Positions 38,221 to 54,000 of a stretch of DNA of 64,000 nucleotides are shown piece by piece. This DNA comes from the human T2T-CHM13v2.0 reference genome, Homo sapiens, in NCBI RefSeq assembly GCF_009914755.1, contig NC_060926.1; one strand, 5' to 3'. Made by a program: the position numbers and the translations under genes. The notes under the pieces were generated by a model. That model did no database searches. It was not told the origin of the DNA and saw nothing but the letters and a program-made list of their open reading frames with translations. Each line of letters begins with the position of its first letter. Position 1 is the stretch's first letter.

Positions 38221-38769
38221 AAGAGTGTAATATCGGTATACACAGATAATATACTGAATGAAACAAATAGAATAATTTGAAGAGGTGTCTTGATGAACAA
38301 GGAGTCATTAGAAAGGTTGTATTCATGTCTTTGAAGGAAATTGCAATGTGAGAAATTAATACTTTGACTACTATACTAAAAGTTTATTGCTAACATGTAT
38401 TGAGTTATTAACGTGTGTTAGGCAGAGTACCATATAATTTACAAGTGTTATCTCATTTATTGTAGGTAAAATGTAATTTCGAACTCTGGGAGTATAAATG
38501 AATTAGATAGAATAAAATTCTATTTAAATGGCCATCAGTAAATCGGTATCTAGGAACAGGGTGATACGGTGCCCAAGTTTTCTATTCTTACTAAATGTTG
38601 TGTTTCATTTTCAATGTTTTCTTGGATATTGCTCTTTTTTGGTGATTTTGATTTTTTTTATTTTAGAAAACTAATAAATTGACTCTTCTTGGTACTGACT
38701 CGGGTTTTATAGAAGAAAAAGTAATTAAATTATGTATATTTACCTTTACCTCATTTTTTCTCTTTTAAA

Positions 38770-39435
38770 TTTACTTTAATTGACATATAATAAATGTACA
38801 TGTTATGGGGTACAGAGTGATATTTTGATATATTTATGCAATACGTAAAGATCAAGTCAGAGTCATTATCATATCCATTACCTAAATCATGTATTATTTC
38901 TTTGCAGTGAGAATATTCAAAATCTTTTATTTTAGTTATTTGAAAACACACAATAAATTCCCGTTAACTACAGTCACCCAACAGTGCTGTAGAGAACTAG
39001 AACTTCTTCCTTCTCTCCAGCTGTAATTTTGTATGTATTAACCACATTTTTCTTATACTCTTCTTTCTCCTACTCTTTCCAGGATATGGTAACCAAAACT
39101 CTACTATCTACTTCTACGAGATTAAAAATTTTAGCTTCCATACATAAGTGAGAACACGTAGTTATGTGGTGTTTATGTTTCTATGCCAGGTTTATTTCAC
39201 CTAACATAATGCCCTCCACTTGCATTCTTGTTGCCACAAATAACAGGATTTTGTTCTTTATTATGACTAAATAGTATTCCATTATATATGTATGTCACAT
39301 TTCTTTATCCATTCATCTGTTGATGGACACTTTTGTTGATTCCATATCTTGGCTATTGTGAATAGTGCTGTAATAAACATCGGGGTGCAGGTAAGTCTTT
39401 GATATACTGGTTTTCTTTCCTTTGGATATATACTG
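38770..39435 (-). mobile_element. Old L1 (L1MA-like) 3' end, antisense
   Basis: ttagcttccatacataagtgagaac...ttccattatatatgtatgtcacatttctttatccattcatctgttgatggacac. Confidence 0.8.
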
Positions 39436-40460
<1,025 letters not shown>

Positions 40461-41189
40461 AATCACTAGCTTGTATTTTTAAAAGCACCTTTGTTGCATA
40501 TTCTTAAGATATTCAATGACAATGCCCGGATTTAAGTTTGAGGTATTATTATATCTATTTTATACTGGGCACAATATAATGTTATCAGAGGTAACGGTTT
40601 TGATTGGTCCTAGGTCATACAGTAATATATACATTGTGATTTATAGACATGCTATCTTTTAATACTCAGGCATTTAGAAAGTTCATTTAGACAAAGTTAT
40701 AAAAGCTTGCCGTCCTTTCTGCCTATATCACCTAAAAATCCTAATTTAAGAGGTAATAACATTTTTTATTTGATATACAATTTATCAACACAATAAAAAT
40801 CTAACAATTATCATGTGCAGAGTGTGAAAATCTCATCAGATCAAGGAACACAAAGACATCTTTTTCATATTTCGAATGTAAAACTGTTTTGGAAACTGTT
40901 ATTTTTAGAAACAGTTAAAAACATTTTTTCATTAGTTTTTCATGTAAAATTGTGACAACCAGCATGAAATAACTGTCATCACAGAAGCATGGTATATTCG
41001 ATTCCAAAACATATTCTTTGTAAGTTTTAATATATTTATGTATTATTTATACTTAGATTGTAACCCATAATGTACAGATATTATTTTTCCTTCAACTCTT
41101 AAGAATATTCTTAAATAATAAAATTAAAATTAATGAATTATAATTTTTGTTGCTTGGGAAAAAGAATAGACACACACGTGACAGTGCAT

Positions 41190-44070
41190 CACTTCACCCC
41201 ATCATTTCATCTCATCATTTCATCTCATCATTTTATCTCATTTCATCTCATCCCATCTCATCTCATCATTTCATATCATCTCATCATTTCATCTCATCAT
41301 TTCACCAAATCTCATCTCATCTCATTTCCATTTCATTTTCATTATTTCATTTCATCATTTCATTTCACTATTTCATTTCATTTCATCTAATTTCATTTAT
41401 TTCATTATGTCATTTCATATAATCTCATTTCATCTCATCTCATATTTTTGATATCATTTTTCATATCATTTTTCATCTCATTTCATCTCAATTCATCTCA
41501 TCATTTCATCTCCTCATCTCATCATTTCCTCCTTTCATTACAACATTTCATCTCATTTCTTCTCATCTCATTTCAATTTCATTATTTCATCTCATTTCAT
41601 TATTTCACCTAATTTCATTATTTCATCTCATCTCATCTCAGTTCATCTGATCTCATTTCATCTCAGCATTTCATCTCATCATTTTTCATCTCATCATTTA
41701 ATCTCATTTCATTTCATTTGATCTCATCATTTCAGCTCATTTCATGTCACATCTATTCATTTCATCATTTCATTTCAACATTTCACCATTTCATCTCATC
41801 ATTTCATCTCATCTTTCAATTTCATTTCAATATCATTTCATCATTTCTTTTCATTTCATCTCATTTCATTATTTCATTATTTCATTTCATTTCAATTCAT
41901 CTCATCATTTCATCTCATCATTTTTCATCTCATCATTTTTCATCTCATCATCTCATCTCATCATTTCATCTCATTTCTTCTCATCATTTCATCTCATCAT
42001 TTTATCTCATTTCATCTCATCTCATTTCAATTTCATTATTTCATTTCATTTCACTTCATTTCATTTCATCTCATTTTATCTCATCTCATTTCATCTCATC
42101 ATTTCTTCTCGTCTCATCTCATCATTTCATCATTTCATCTCGTTTCATCTCATTTCATCTCATCTCACCTCATATCATCATTTCATCTCATCCTTTCATT
42201 TCATCTCATCGTTTCATCTCCTCATTTCATCTCATCTCACCTCAGCATTTCATTTCACCTCATCATTTCTTATTTCATCTCATTTTATCTCATTTCATCT
42301 CATATCTCAATTCAATTTCCTTTCATTATTTCATCTCATTCATTTCATCTCATTTCATTACATCTCATCATTTCCTCTCATCATTACATCTCATCTCATC
42401 TCATCATTTCATCATTTCATCTCATCATTGCATCTCATCATTTCATCTCATTTCATCTCATCATTCATCTCATCATTTCATCTCATCATTTCCATTTCAT
42501 TATTTCATTTCATCATTTAATTTCATCATCTCATTTAATTTCACCTCATTTCATTATTTCATTTTTTCATTTCATTATGTCATTTCATTTCATCTCATTA
42601 CATTTCGTCTAATTTCATTTCATCTCATTTCATCTCATCATTTCATTTCATCTCATCTTTTCATCTCATCATTTCATCTTATCATCTCATCAACTCTTCT
42701 CATCTTATCATTTCATCATTTCATCTCATCACTTCATTTCATCTCGTATCTTCTCATCTCATTTCAATTTCATTTCATTATTTCATTTCATTATTTCATG
42801 TCATCTCATCTCATCATTTCATCTCATCACATCTCATCATTTTATCATTTTATTTCATCATCTCATCATTTCATCTCATCTCATTTCAATTTTATTTATT
42901 TATTTCAATTTCATTTCATTATTTCATTTCATCTCATCAGTTCATCTCATCATTTCATCTCATCATCTCATCTCATCATTTCATCTCATCATTCATCTCA
43001 TCATTTCATATCATTTTATCTCATCTCATCATTTCATCTCATTTCATCATTACATTTCATCTCATTTTATGTCATCATTTCATGTCATCATTTCATCACA
43101 TCTCATCTCATCATTTCATCTCATCATTTCATCATTTCATCTCATTTCAACTCATTGCATCTCATCTCATTTCCATTTCATTATTCCATTTCATCATTTC
43201 ATTATGTCATTTCACCTCATCATATTTCATCTCATTTCATCTCATCTCATCATTTCATCTCATCATTTCATCTCATTTTATCTCATCTCATCTCATCATT
43301 TCTTCTCATCTCATCATTTCCATTTCATTTTCATTTCATTATTTCATCATTTCATTATTTCATTTCATCTCATTTCATTATTTCATCTCATTATGTCATT
43401 TCATTTCATCTCATTACATTTCATCTCATTTCATCTCATCATTTCATCCATCATTTCATTTAATTTCATCATTTCATCTCATGATTTCATCTCATCTCAT
43501 CATCTCATTTCATCTCATTATTTCATCTCATTTCATCTCATCTCATTTCATCATTTCATTTCATCATTACATCTCATCATTTCAACTCATCTCATTTCAA
43601 TTTCATTTCAATTTCATTACATTTCATAATTTCCTTTCATTATTTCATTTCATTTCATCTCATTTCATTATTTCATTTCATCTCATTTTTCATCTCATCA
43701 TTTTTCATCTCATTTCATCTCATCATGTCATCTCATCGTTCATCTCATTTCATCTCATTTTATCTCATTATTTCATCTCATCTCATCTCATTTCAATTTC
43801 ATTATTTCATATCATTTCATTATTTCATTTCATTTCATCTCATCATTTCATCTCGTTTCATCTCATCATTTCATCATCTCATCATTTCATCTCATTTCAT
43901 CTCATCTCATCTCCTTTCAATTTCTTTTCAACTTTGTCATTTCGTCTCATCATTTCATCTCATCATTTCTACTCACCATTTCATCTCAAAATTTCATCTC
44001 ATCATCTCATCATTTTGTCATTTCATCTCATCATTTCATCTCATCTCAAGTCATCTTATCATTTCATCTA
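41190..44070. repeat. (CATTT/CATCT/CAT)n diverged pentamer satellite (HSat2/3-like simple satellite)
   Basis: 2.9 kb of catttcatctcat units with almost no G on the + strand. Confidence 0.9.
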
Positions 44071-44247
44071 AGTGAAATGACATAATGGAATCATGAAATG
44101 AAATGGATAGGATGCCCTCAGTGATGTTAAATTTAAAAATTGTTTCTTTTCATGCATGCATTTTTATATTTATATGTATTTATATTTATATTTACTAATA
44201 TTTCTTTTTACTTATTTTTATTTATATTTTTACTTATTTCTTTATTC

Positions 44248-44697
<450 letters not shown>

Positions 44698-45089
44698 TAG
44701 GTAATATGAATATTCTGTACAGGAAATACACCCTTAATTATATAGGAATAAACATTTGTTACACTGAGAAAAATCTAATAGAGCTAAAAATAAAAATTAA
44801 TTTGGAAAGGTCATTAGATACTGATACATTCTTACGTTTATACATTCTTTCATATATTCATATATTCTTTTAACAGTATCAATAGTTTGGAGTTATGTGT
44901 ACAAAACCATGACCTATATGTAACACAACTAATAACAGGCATTTACAATTCAAGGTATATTATATACAAACCTTTAACTTCTTATCAAAATATTTTGTTT
45001 TTTTTCTCTCTGTTTTGGCAGATACTATGAACACAACATTCAACTCACAGACACCATGGAGCCCTTACTAAGCATAAAGTACTGTGAAA

Positions 45090-48000
45090 GGCCAGGGCTA
45101 AGACAGAACTAAGACAGGGCCAGGGATAGGACAGAACAGGGGCAGGGTCATGGCCAGAGAAAAACCAGGGGCAGGGTCACGGCCAGGGACATGAGAGGAC
45201 CAAGGCCAGGGCCAGAAGCAGGGCAGAACCAGGGCCAGGGCAGGGACATGGCAGGGCCAGGGCCATGGCAGGATCAGGGTCAGCAGAAGGCCAGGGCAGG
45301 GCTAGGGTAGCACAGGGCCAAGGCAGGGCAGGGTCAGTGTAGAGCAAGGAACGGGTCAGGGTATGGCAGGGCAGGGACAGGGAGGTCCAGGGCCAGAGTC
45401 AGGTCCAGGACATGGACAGGACAGGGCCAGAAATATGGCAGGACCAGAAAGGGGACAGGGCAAGGGCAAGGCCAGAGAAGGACCATGGAAAAAACATGGC
45501 CAGGGAGGGTCCAGGGCAAGGGCAAGGCCAGGGCAGAACCAGAGCCAGAGCAGGCCAAAGGCAGGGCCAGGGCAGGGCAAGGCCAGGGTAGGGCGGGGCC
45601 AGTGTAGGGTGAGGGTAGGGCCAGGGTGAGTTCAGGGCCAGGGCAGGACTAAGATAGCACAGGGCCAAGGCAGGGCCAGGGCAGGGCCAAAAGGAGGGGC
45701 CAGGGCCAAGCATGGCCAGTGTCAGACCTGGGGATTGTCAGGGCCAGGGTCAGGGTCAAGGCTGGGCCAGGGACAGGGCCAGAGCAAGGGCAGGGCCAGG
45801 GAGAAAGCAGAACCAGAGAGGATCCAGAGCAAGGCCAGGGTCAGGGCAGAACCAGGACCAGGATAAGGCAAAGCCAAGGCCAGGGCAGGGCAAGGCCAGG
45901 CAAGGCAAGACCAGGGAAGGGCAAGGCCAGGGTAGAAAAGGCCAGTGTAGGGCCAGGTCAGGGTAGGAGAAGGCCATGGTAGGGCCAAGGCCAAGGCAGG
46001 GCAGGGCTAGGGTAGCACAGGGCATGGCCAAAAACAGGGCAGGGCCATAACAGTGGCAGGACTAGCAACAGGGCCAGGGCAAGCGCTGGACCAGAGCATG
46101 GTGGGGACAATACAGGGCCAGGACAGACGATGGCAAGGCAGGTCCAGGGCCATTTCATGGACTCGGTAGGCCTGGGGTCAGGCCAGGGCAAGGCAAAGGC
46201 AAGACCAGGGAGAAGGCAGGGCCGGGGCCAAGGCAGTGCCAGGGCAGGGCAGGACCAGTGCAGGGCCAATGCAGGGTGAGGGCAAGGCCAGGGCATGGAA
46301 GGGCAGGGCAGGACCAAGGAAGGGCCAGGAGAGGGCCACGGCAGGGTCACGGCCAGAAGAAGGGTATGGCTGGGGTCAGGAATATGGTAGGACAAGGGCT
46401 GGGCCCAGGCTGGGACACGCAGGGCAGAGCATGATCTGTGCAAGGCATGGCCAGAGCCAGGCCATAGAGATGGGAGGGCAACACCAAGGCAGAGTCAGGG
46501 TAGATCCAGGGCTGAGCAGAGTCAGGGCAGGTCCAGAGTAGAGGCAGAGCTAGGGCCCAAGCAGGGCCATGGTAGCACCAGGGCAGAGGAGGGCAGGGCA
46601 ATGCAGGACTGGGCCATGGCAGTGCCTGGTCAACTCCGGGGCAGGGCCAGATGCAGGACAGGGCCAGGGCCAGTGCTCAGGCCAGGGACAGGTCATGACA
46701 GGAAGTGCCAGAGCAGGGCTGGACCAACGTTGGGGCAGGGCAAATCAGACCAGGACACTTCCAAGTCCATCTCTGGCCCTGCCTTGGCCCTGGCCCCTTC
46801 CTGGCCTGACCTTGTCCCTGGCCCTGCCCTATCCATGCCCTGTGTGTTTGACCAGTGTTTTATAACCAGAATCTTACAAGAAACTTAAATTAGTTCTTTT
46901 TGTGCATTTTTAGTAGAGATGGGGTTTCACAATGTTGCCCAGGCTGGTTCCAAACTCCTGAGCTCAAGCCATCTGCCTGCTTTGGCCTCCCAAAGTGCTG
47001 GGATTACAGGAGTAATCTGGCCAAGTATTTAACTTCTTTATGCCTGTTTCCTACATTTGGAAAATGGGGATGCTTTAAGTACCTAGCACATAGAATTATT
47101 GTGAGAATCAATGCCTCACATATTAACATATTGATAAAATTATACTCATAGAACACTACTGGAAGCAAAGATAGTATTAGTTAAAATTTAGTGATTACTG
47201 CAAATATTATTACTATTACAAACAATATAGTATAGACATTACTACTACTACAGTTATCTTAAAAATCTAAAATAAAAATTTTACGTAATAGCCCAATGTA
47301 ATCTCTCCTGCTCTGTCCTGGCTCAGCCCTAGTGCCGGCTCTGCCCCTAGTCCTACTACATCCCTGGCCCGGACCCTTCCCTGGTCCAGCCGCTGCCCTG
47401 GCCCTTCCCATCTTCAGGCCTTACCATGGCCCTACCCTGGTCCTGACCCTGCCCTGGTCTGGTCCTGACCCTGGCCCTACCCCAGAAAAGGGGTATGGCA
47501 GAGCCAGTGAAGGGCCAGGGCAAATAAGGGACAGGACACACCCAAATCCAGGAAAGGGCCAGGGCCATGACAGAGCCAGGGCGAGTCCTTGGCAGGGCCA
47601 GGTTCCAGGCCAGGGCCAGGAAAGGGTCATGGCAGGGTCACTGTATGGCCAAGGTCCAGGCCAAAGCCAAGGCAGTGGCAGGGTCAGGTCTGCATAAGGG
47701 CAGGACCAGAGCCAGTGATACGGCAGGGCCAGGGCCAGGGCCAGGGCTGTGCCAGGACAGAACAAGAGCAGAGCAGGGCAGGACCAGAGCCAGGCCATAG
47801 AGAGGGTAGGGCAAATGCCAAGGCAAGGCCAGGGTAGTGCCAGGGCTGAGGCAAGATCAGGGAAGGTCCAGGGCTCAGTCAAGGCTAGAACCAAGACAGG
47901 GGCAAAGGCCGGGGCAGATCTAGGGCACAAGCAGGGCAGGCTAGGGCAGGGCAATGGCAAGACCAGGCCATGGCAGGGCCAGCCCAGGATAGAACAGGGC

Positions 48001-51000
48001 ACAGGCAGGGCAGGGCCAGGGCCACGGCTGGGGCAGGACAAGGACCAGGACTGGGGTCCAGGCCAGGGCAAGGGTATGGCCAGGGCAGAGGTAGGGCCAG
48101 AGCCAGGGTCTGGGCAGGACCAAGGCAGGTCTATTGCAGGGCCAGGGTTCAGACCAGGGCCAGAGCAGGGCTGGGACAGGGCCAGGGCCAGAACCAGGAA
48201 AGGGCAATGTCAGGACAAGGGCCGTGGCAGGACCAGCAATGGGGCTGGGGCCAGGACAGGGACAGGGACAGGGTCAGGGCTAGGGCCAGAATAGCATGCC
48301 AAGGTAGAGCCAGGCCAAATTAGGGCCAGGACAGGTTCAGGACCAGGGCTGGGCCAGGGTATGGCCTTAAGTAGCGAAGGGCCAGGGCCAGGGTCCATGC
48401 CAGTGCCAGCGCTGGTCCAGGGCAGATGCAGGGCCATGGCCAGATCTAGGACAAGGCTGGGGCAGGGCCAAGGTCTGGGTCAGGGTCAGCAGAAGGCCAG
48501 GACAGAGCCAGGGGAGGGACAGGGCCATGGTAAGACCAGGTTACATCAGGGACAAGACACCTGCAAATCCACTTCAGGGCCAGGGTCAGGGCAGGGCCAG
48601 TTCAGGGCCAGGGCCAAGACAGGGCCAGGGTCAGGGCTGCCAGGGTCATTGGCAGGGCCAGGGCCATGGCAGGACCGGGGTCAGGAGCAGGGGTCAATGC
48701 CAGGCCAAGGCCACACATAGGACCAATTCTGTGCTAGGGCCAGTGTGAGGGCCAAGGCAGGGTCAGGGCAGGGCCAAAGGGAGGGCAGGGCCAGGGCAGG
48801 GTGGAGCAGGCCCAGGGTAGCACAGGGTTAAGGTAGTTCACGACCAACCAGGGCAGGTCTATGGTTGGGGCAGGGGCAGGGCCAGAGCCAGGGCACAGCC
48901 AAGACAGTGGCAGCTCCTGGGCAGGGCCAGGGTTAGGACCATGGACATGTCCAAGGCCAGTGCCAGGGCAAGAGCAAGGGCAGGAGCAGGACCAGGTTCA
49001 TCTAAGAACCAGGGACAAAGCCAGGCCCAGAGCTGGGCCAGGACAGGTACCTGGCAGGGCTAGGGTCTGAGACAGGGCCACGGCAGGACCAGGGCCACAA
49101 CCAGGTCTGTGCTATGGCCAGGTCCAACACAGTGCCCAGGTAAGGCTAGGGTGAAGGCCAAGGTAGGGCCAGGGCAGGGTCAAAGCCAGGCTAGGGCCAA
49201 GGCAGGGCCAGGGCCGGCAAGGCAGGGCCAGAAAAGCATAGGGCCAGGGCAGGGCGGGGCCAGGACAGTGCCAAGACCTGGGCAGGGCCAGGGCCAGGGC
49301 CATGGCCACGGCCTGGGGAAGACCAGGTTCGGGGCAGGAGCAAAACAATGGCAAGGACAGTGCAGGTTCTTGGCACAGCCAGGGTCCAGGACAGTGTCAG
49401 GGCAGGGCCAAGGCAGGGTCTGGGCCATGGTAAGATCAGCAACAGGGCTGGGGCTAGGCCAGTGACAGGACCAGAGTCAGGGCAAGGGCCAGAGCAGTGC
49501 AAGGCCAGGGTAGGGCCAGGCATTTCAGGGTCAGGGCCAGGGGAGAACCAGGGCAAGTTCTCAAGCAGGGAATGGCCAGGGCCAGGACAGGTCCAGGGCA
49601 GGGCCATGACAGGGCCAGGGGCTGCGTTAGGGCAAGGGCAGGGCCACAGCAAGGTAAGGGTCAGGGCCAAGGCCAGGGTAGGGACAGGGCAAGAAATATG
49701 GCATGACCAGGGGCAATGCCAAGGCCAAGGTTGGGCCAGGGCTGAGCCAGGACTGAGTCAGGGCAGGGCAGGGCAGGGCATGGTATGGCCAGTGCAGGAC
49801 AGGACAAGAGCCGGTCCACAGAGAGAGCAGAGCTGATGCCAAGAAAGAGCCAGGCTAGTGCCGAGGCTGAGGCAGTGTCAGAGCATGTCCAGGGCAGGGC
49901 CGGGGCCAGGGCCAGAACCGAGCCAGGGCACAGCCAAGGCAGGGTAGGGAAGGGAAATAGCACGGCCGGGACAGTACTGGGACAGGACAGAGCAGGGCAA
50001 GGAGATGGTAGCGGCAGGGCAGGGACAGACCAATGCAGAGCCATGTTATGCCGGGGCCAGGACACCTCCAAGTCCACTTCAGGGCCAGGGCTATGGCAGG
50101 ACAAAGACCACGGCCAGGATCAGGGCCAGGTCTGTGCTAGGGCCAGCTCCAGAGCAGGGTCTAGCGAAGACTAGGGTGAGGGCCAAGGTAAGGCCAGGGC
50201 AGGGTCAAAGGCAGAGTAGGGCCAGGGCAGGGGGATGACACATCCAGAGCGCAGCAGGGCAGGGTGATGGCAAGACCAGGGGCAGACCATTGCCAGCTCA
50301 GGGCCAGGGAAAGTCCAGTGCAGAGCCAGGAAAGGGTCTGGGTCTGGGTCAGGGCCAGGAACAAGGCAGAGCAGGGCCAGGGCCATGGCAGAGTCAGGGC
50401 AGGTCCTTGACAGGACCAGGTTCCAGGCCAGGGCCAGGGCAGCAGCAGGGGCAGGGCCTGGATAAGGGCAGGGCCAGGGATATGGCAGGACCAGGGCTAG
50501 GGCCAGGGCCAGGCCATAGTGAGGGCAGGGCAAAAGCCAAGGGCAGGGTCAGGGCAGGTCCAGGGCAGGTCCAGGGAGCGGCCAGCACCAAGCGGGGCCA
50601 AGTCACAACCAGCGCAGGGTAAGGCAGGGCAATGGCACCACTGGGCCATGACAGGGCAAGGTCAGTGCCAGGAGAGGGCAGAACAGGCAGGCCCATGGTG
50701 GGGCCAGGGCAGGGATGGGCCAAAGCAGGGCCAGGACATGTCCAAGGCCAGGTCAGGGCCAGAACAGGAGCAGGACCATGACCATTGGCAGGGCCAGTGC
50801 CATGACACGACCAGGATCAGGACAAGAGGCAGGGCCAGAGCCAGGGCCAGAGCCAAGGTCAGGCCAGTGCAGGTTCAGGGCAGGGCCAGTGCCAGGGCAA
50901 GACCAGGGCAGGGACAGGGTAGCACAGGGCCAAGACAGGGTCAGGATGGGACCAGAGCAGGACAGGGCCGAGAGTCCAAGTAACAGTAGGGCAGGTACAG

Positions 51001-51060
51001 GGCAAGGCAGGGCAGTACAGGGCCAGATCCACGGCAGGCGCAGGGCAAAGCCAGGCCCAT
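45090..51060. repeat. CAGGG/CAGGGC-type G-rich degenerate repeat arrays, with an inverted insert at about 46770-47483
   Basis: cagggc/cagggccaggg units throughout; matches the CAGGG repeats described at hominoid pericentromeric duplication junctions. Confidence 0.85.
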
Positions 51061-51099
51061 TGCCAATGCACCAGCCCTCCCTACAAGGCTCCTACCACC

Positions 51100-54000
51100 T
51101 GGCCACTGCTGCAGCCCGTCCATCGCTCTAAGCCTGACCCCCAACCCTGGCTGCAGCCGCCTGCCCTCCTAGCGCAGCCGCTCTCCTACCCCTCTGGCGC
51201 ACTGCAGTCTCTGTCACTGCCGCCCACCCACAGTGAGGCGAGCCATGGTGTCGCAGGCTCTAGGTGTCTCCTCCTCTTCCTGGCACAGAGCAGCTGGGCG
51301 GGCAAAGCCAGAAAAGCCTAGAGAAAGATGTGAGGGGTGGAAGGGTTAGAGCCTCAACTTGTCATGCCGGCCACTGGGTGGCAGGGGCCAGTTTCAGCAA
51401 AGGCACTCACACCCACCCTCCAAAGTCCAGCCTCTCCTTTTGGCCCAAGCTGGGCAGGAACTGGGGTCTGGGGTGGGTGCTGGAGACACCACAGCACCCA
51501 GATCCCCACTCCACAGGAACCATTGGGCCCACTGGGGCTGCACTCCTCGGGGAGCAGGAGAAGCAGAAAAATTCAGACCCAGCCAGCCCTCCACACCCAG
51601 GTGCCAATTCCTGTTCCGGACGCCTCCACGCACAGGGCCCTGTCCCCCGTGGTGTCCCCAGGGGTGCCTGGCAGCCTCTGAGGCACAGACCCACAGTACA
51701 CAGGCCCAGGAACCACGGTGGGTGTGGGGGCTCTGCCATGCTCAGGATTCCCACGCAAACGCTGCGTGCCCTGCTGCACTCCAGTATGACCAAGAGTGGG
51801 TCGCCCTCTGGAGTGTGGAGTCAGGGAGAGGAGAACCACTCCTTCCTGGGATGCCAACTCTGTTGACCGACACCAGCAGTGCAGCCCCTGATAGCACCGA
51901 ACTCGCCCCCGCTCCACTGCTAGTCCTGCCCTCAATAGCGCCCCCCACCTCCGTCCCCCAATGCCGCCAGTAGCGTATAACCTATAGTGCCCTAACCTGT
52001 CCTCCTCCATGGGCATTGAAGCCCCAGAAAGCACCCATAACCCACCCTCCCTGCCGTGGGCAGTGCAGCCCTGTACAGTGCTACCAACCAGTACCCCTAA
52101 TGCAGGCAATGACACCCTGGATAGCGCCCTCAACCCACCCCACACTGCGAAAGGTGCAGCCCTGGATAGCCCCTGTCCTACCATCTGGTCGTCCTGCAGT
52201 CTCTGTCACCACCACCACCAACCACAGTGAGGCAAGCCAGTGGGCCACAGGCTCTAGGACCCAGCAGCCAGGCATGGAGCAGCTCTCGCTGATGGCCGGC
52301 TCCTACCACTCTGAACACGCTGCTGTCTGTCTCCGTGGCCATCTTCTTTCACTACAAAGGAATAAAACTAGGTATCAATAAGAAAAGCAATTTTGGAAAC
52401 AATACAATCACATGGAAGTTAAACACTACCCTCCTGAATAAATGACTAGCGGGTCAATGAAGATACTAAGACAGAAATTCAAAAATTTCATGAAACAAAG
52501 GGTAATGAAAACACAGTATACCAAAACTTGTTATGCAGAAAGCAGTACAAAGGCAGAGATTTACAGCTATAAGTGCCTACCATCCAAACAAAAGAAAACC
52601 TTCAAATAATACATCTTAAAGAACTAGTAAAGAACAAACTAAACCGAAAATAAGAAAATAAATAAGATCGTAGCACAAACAAAATTGAAATAAAAAACAT
52701 ACAAGATTAAATGAAAAGTTGGTTTTCTGGAAAGCTAAACAAAATTGACAAACTTTTAACCAGGCTAAGAAAAGAGACAAGATTCAAATAAATAAAATCA
52801 ACAGATTAAAAAAGGAGACATTACAACTAATACTTCAGAAATTCAAAGGATCATAACTGGCTACTATATGCCAATAAATTGGAAAGCCTAGTAGAAATTG
52901 GCAAATTCCTAGATGCATACAACCTACTTAGGTTAAACAATGAAAACATCCAAGACCAGAACAGATTGGTAACAAGTAATGAGATTGAAGCCATCAGAAA
53001 AAGTCTCCCAGTAAAGAAAAGCCCAGGAACTGATGTCTTCACTGCTGATGGCTTCACACCAAACAATTTAAAGACCTAGTACGAATCCTGCTCAAACTAT
53101 TTTGAAAACAGGAGGGAATACTTCCAAACTTATTCTATGAGACCATTATTACTGTGATACCAAAATCAGACAAAAGCATCAAAGAAGGAAACTACAGGCC
53201 AGGATCTCTAATATGGATGCAAAAATCCTCAACAAAATACCAGTGAATCAAATTCAGTAATACATTAAAAAGATAATTCATCATGATCAAGTGGGATGTA
53301 TCCCTGGGACCCAAGGGTCACTCAACATACAATGTGATACATCATATCAACCAAATAAACGACAAAAACAGTATCATCACGTCAACTAAAACCGAAAAAG
53401 CATTTGATGAAATTCAACATCCCTTCATGCTATAAATCCTCAAAGAAACGGGCACAGAAGAAACATACCGCAACATAATAAAAACTACAGGAAAGACACC
53501 CACAGCTAGAATCATATGGAATGGGGAAAAATGGAAAGCTTTTTCTCTAAGATCTGGAACATGATAAGGATGCCCCCTGTCACCACTGTTGTTTAACATA
53601 GTACCAGAAATCCTAGCTAAAGCCATCAGTGCAGCCCCTGATATGGCCCCCAACCCACCCTGCCCCCTACCACCAGCAGTGTCACCCCCCCAATAGCACA
53701 CCCAACATACCCAAACTGCCCCGCCTCCCCACACCATGGGCATTACAGCACCCCATAGCACCCTCAACCCGAAACCGCCACCCCCCCGACAGCCGCACAG
53801 TGCAGCCCCGGATAGCACACTTAGCCCACCTCACTGTTGCCAGCAATACAGTCTGGGATAGTGCCCCCAACCGGCTCCCCACCAAAGGCAGTGCAGCCCC
53901 GGTTTGGCCCCCAAACCACCCCTCCCCGCCTGGTGCAGGCAGCACAGCCCCAGATAGCACACCCAACCGGCCACCCAAGACGGGCAGTGACGCCTGAGAT

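Noticed and set aside
41718-44075. 581-aa and 329-aa His/Ile/Ser/Phe-rich ORFs
   Set aside because: Artefacts of the G-poor CATTT satellite.
45334-51144. Gly/Gln/Arg- and Pro/Trp-rich ORFs
   Set aside because: Translations of CAGGG repeats on both strands.
52350-53624. Active L1 or reverse-transcriptase gene
   Set aside because: Internal fragment with stops and frameshifts, and no 5' UTR or ORF1.
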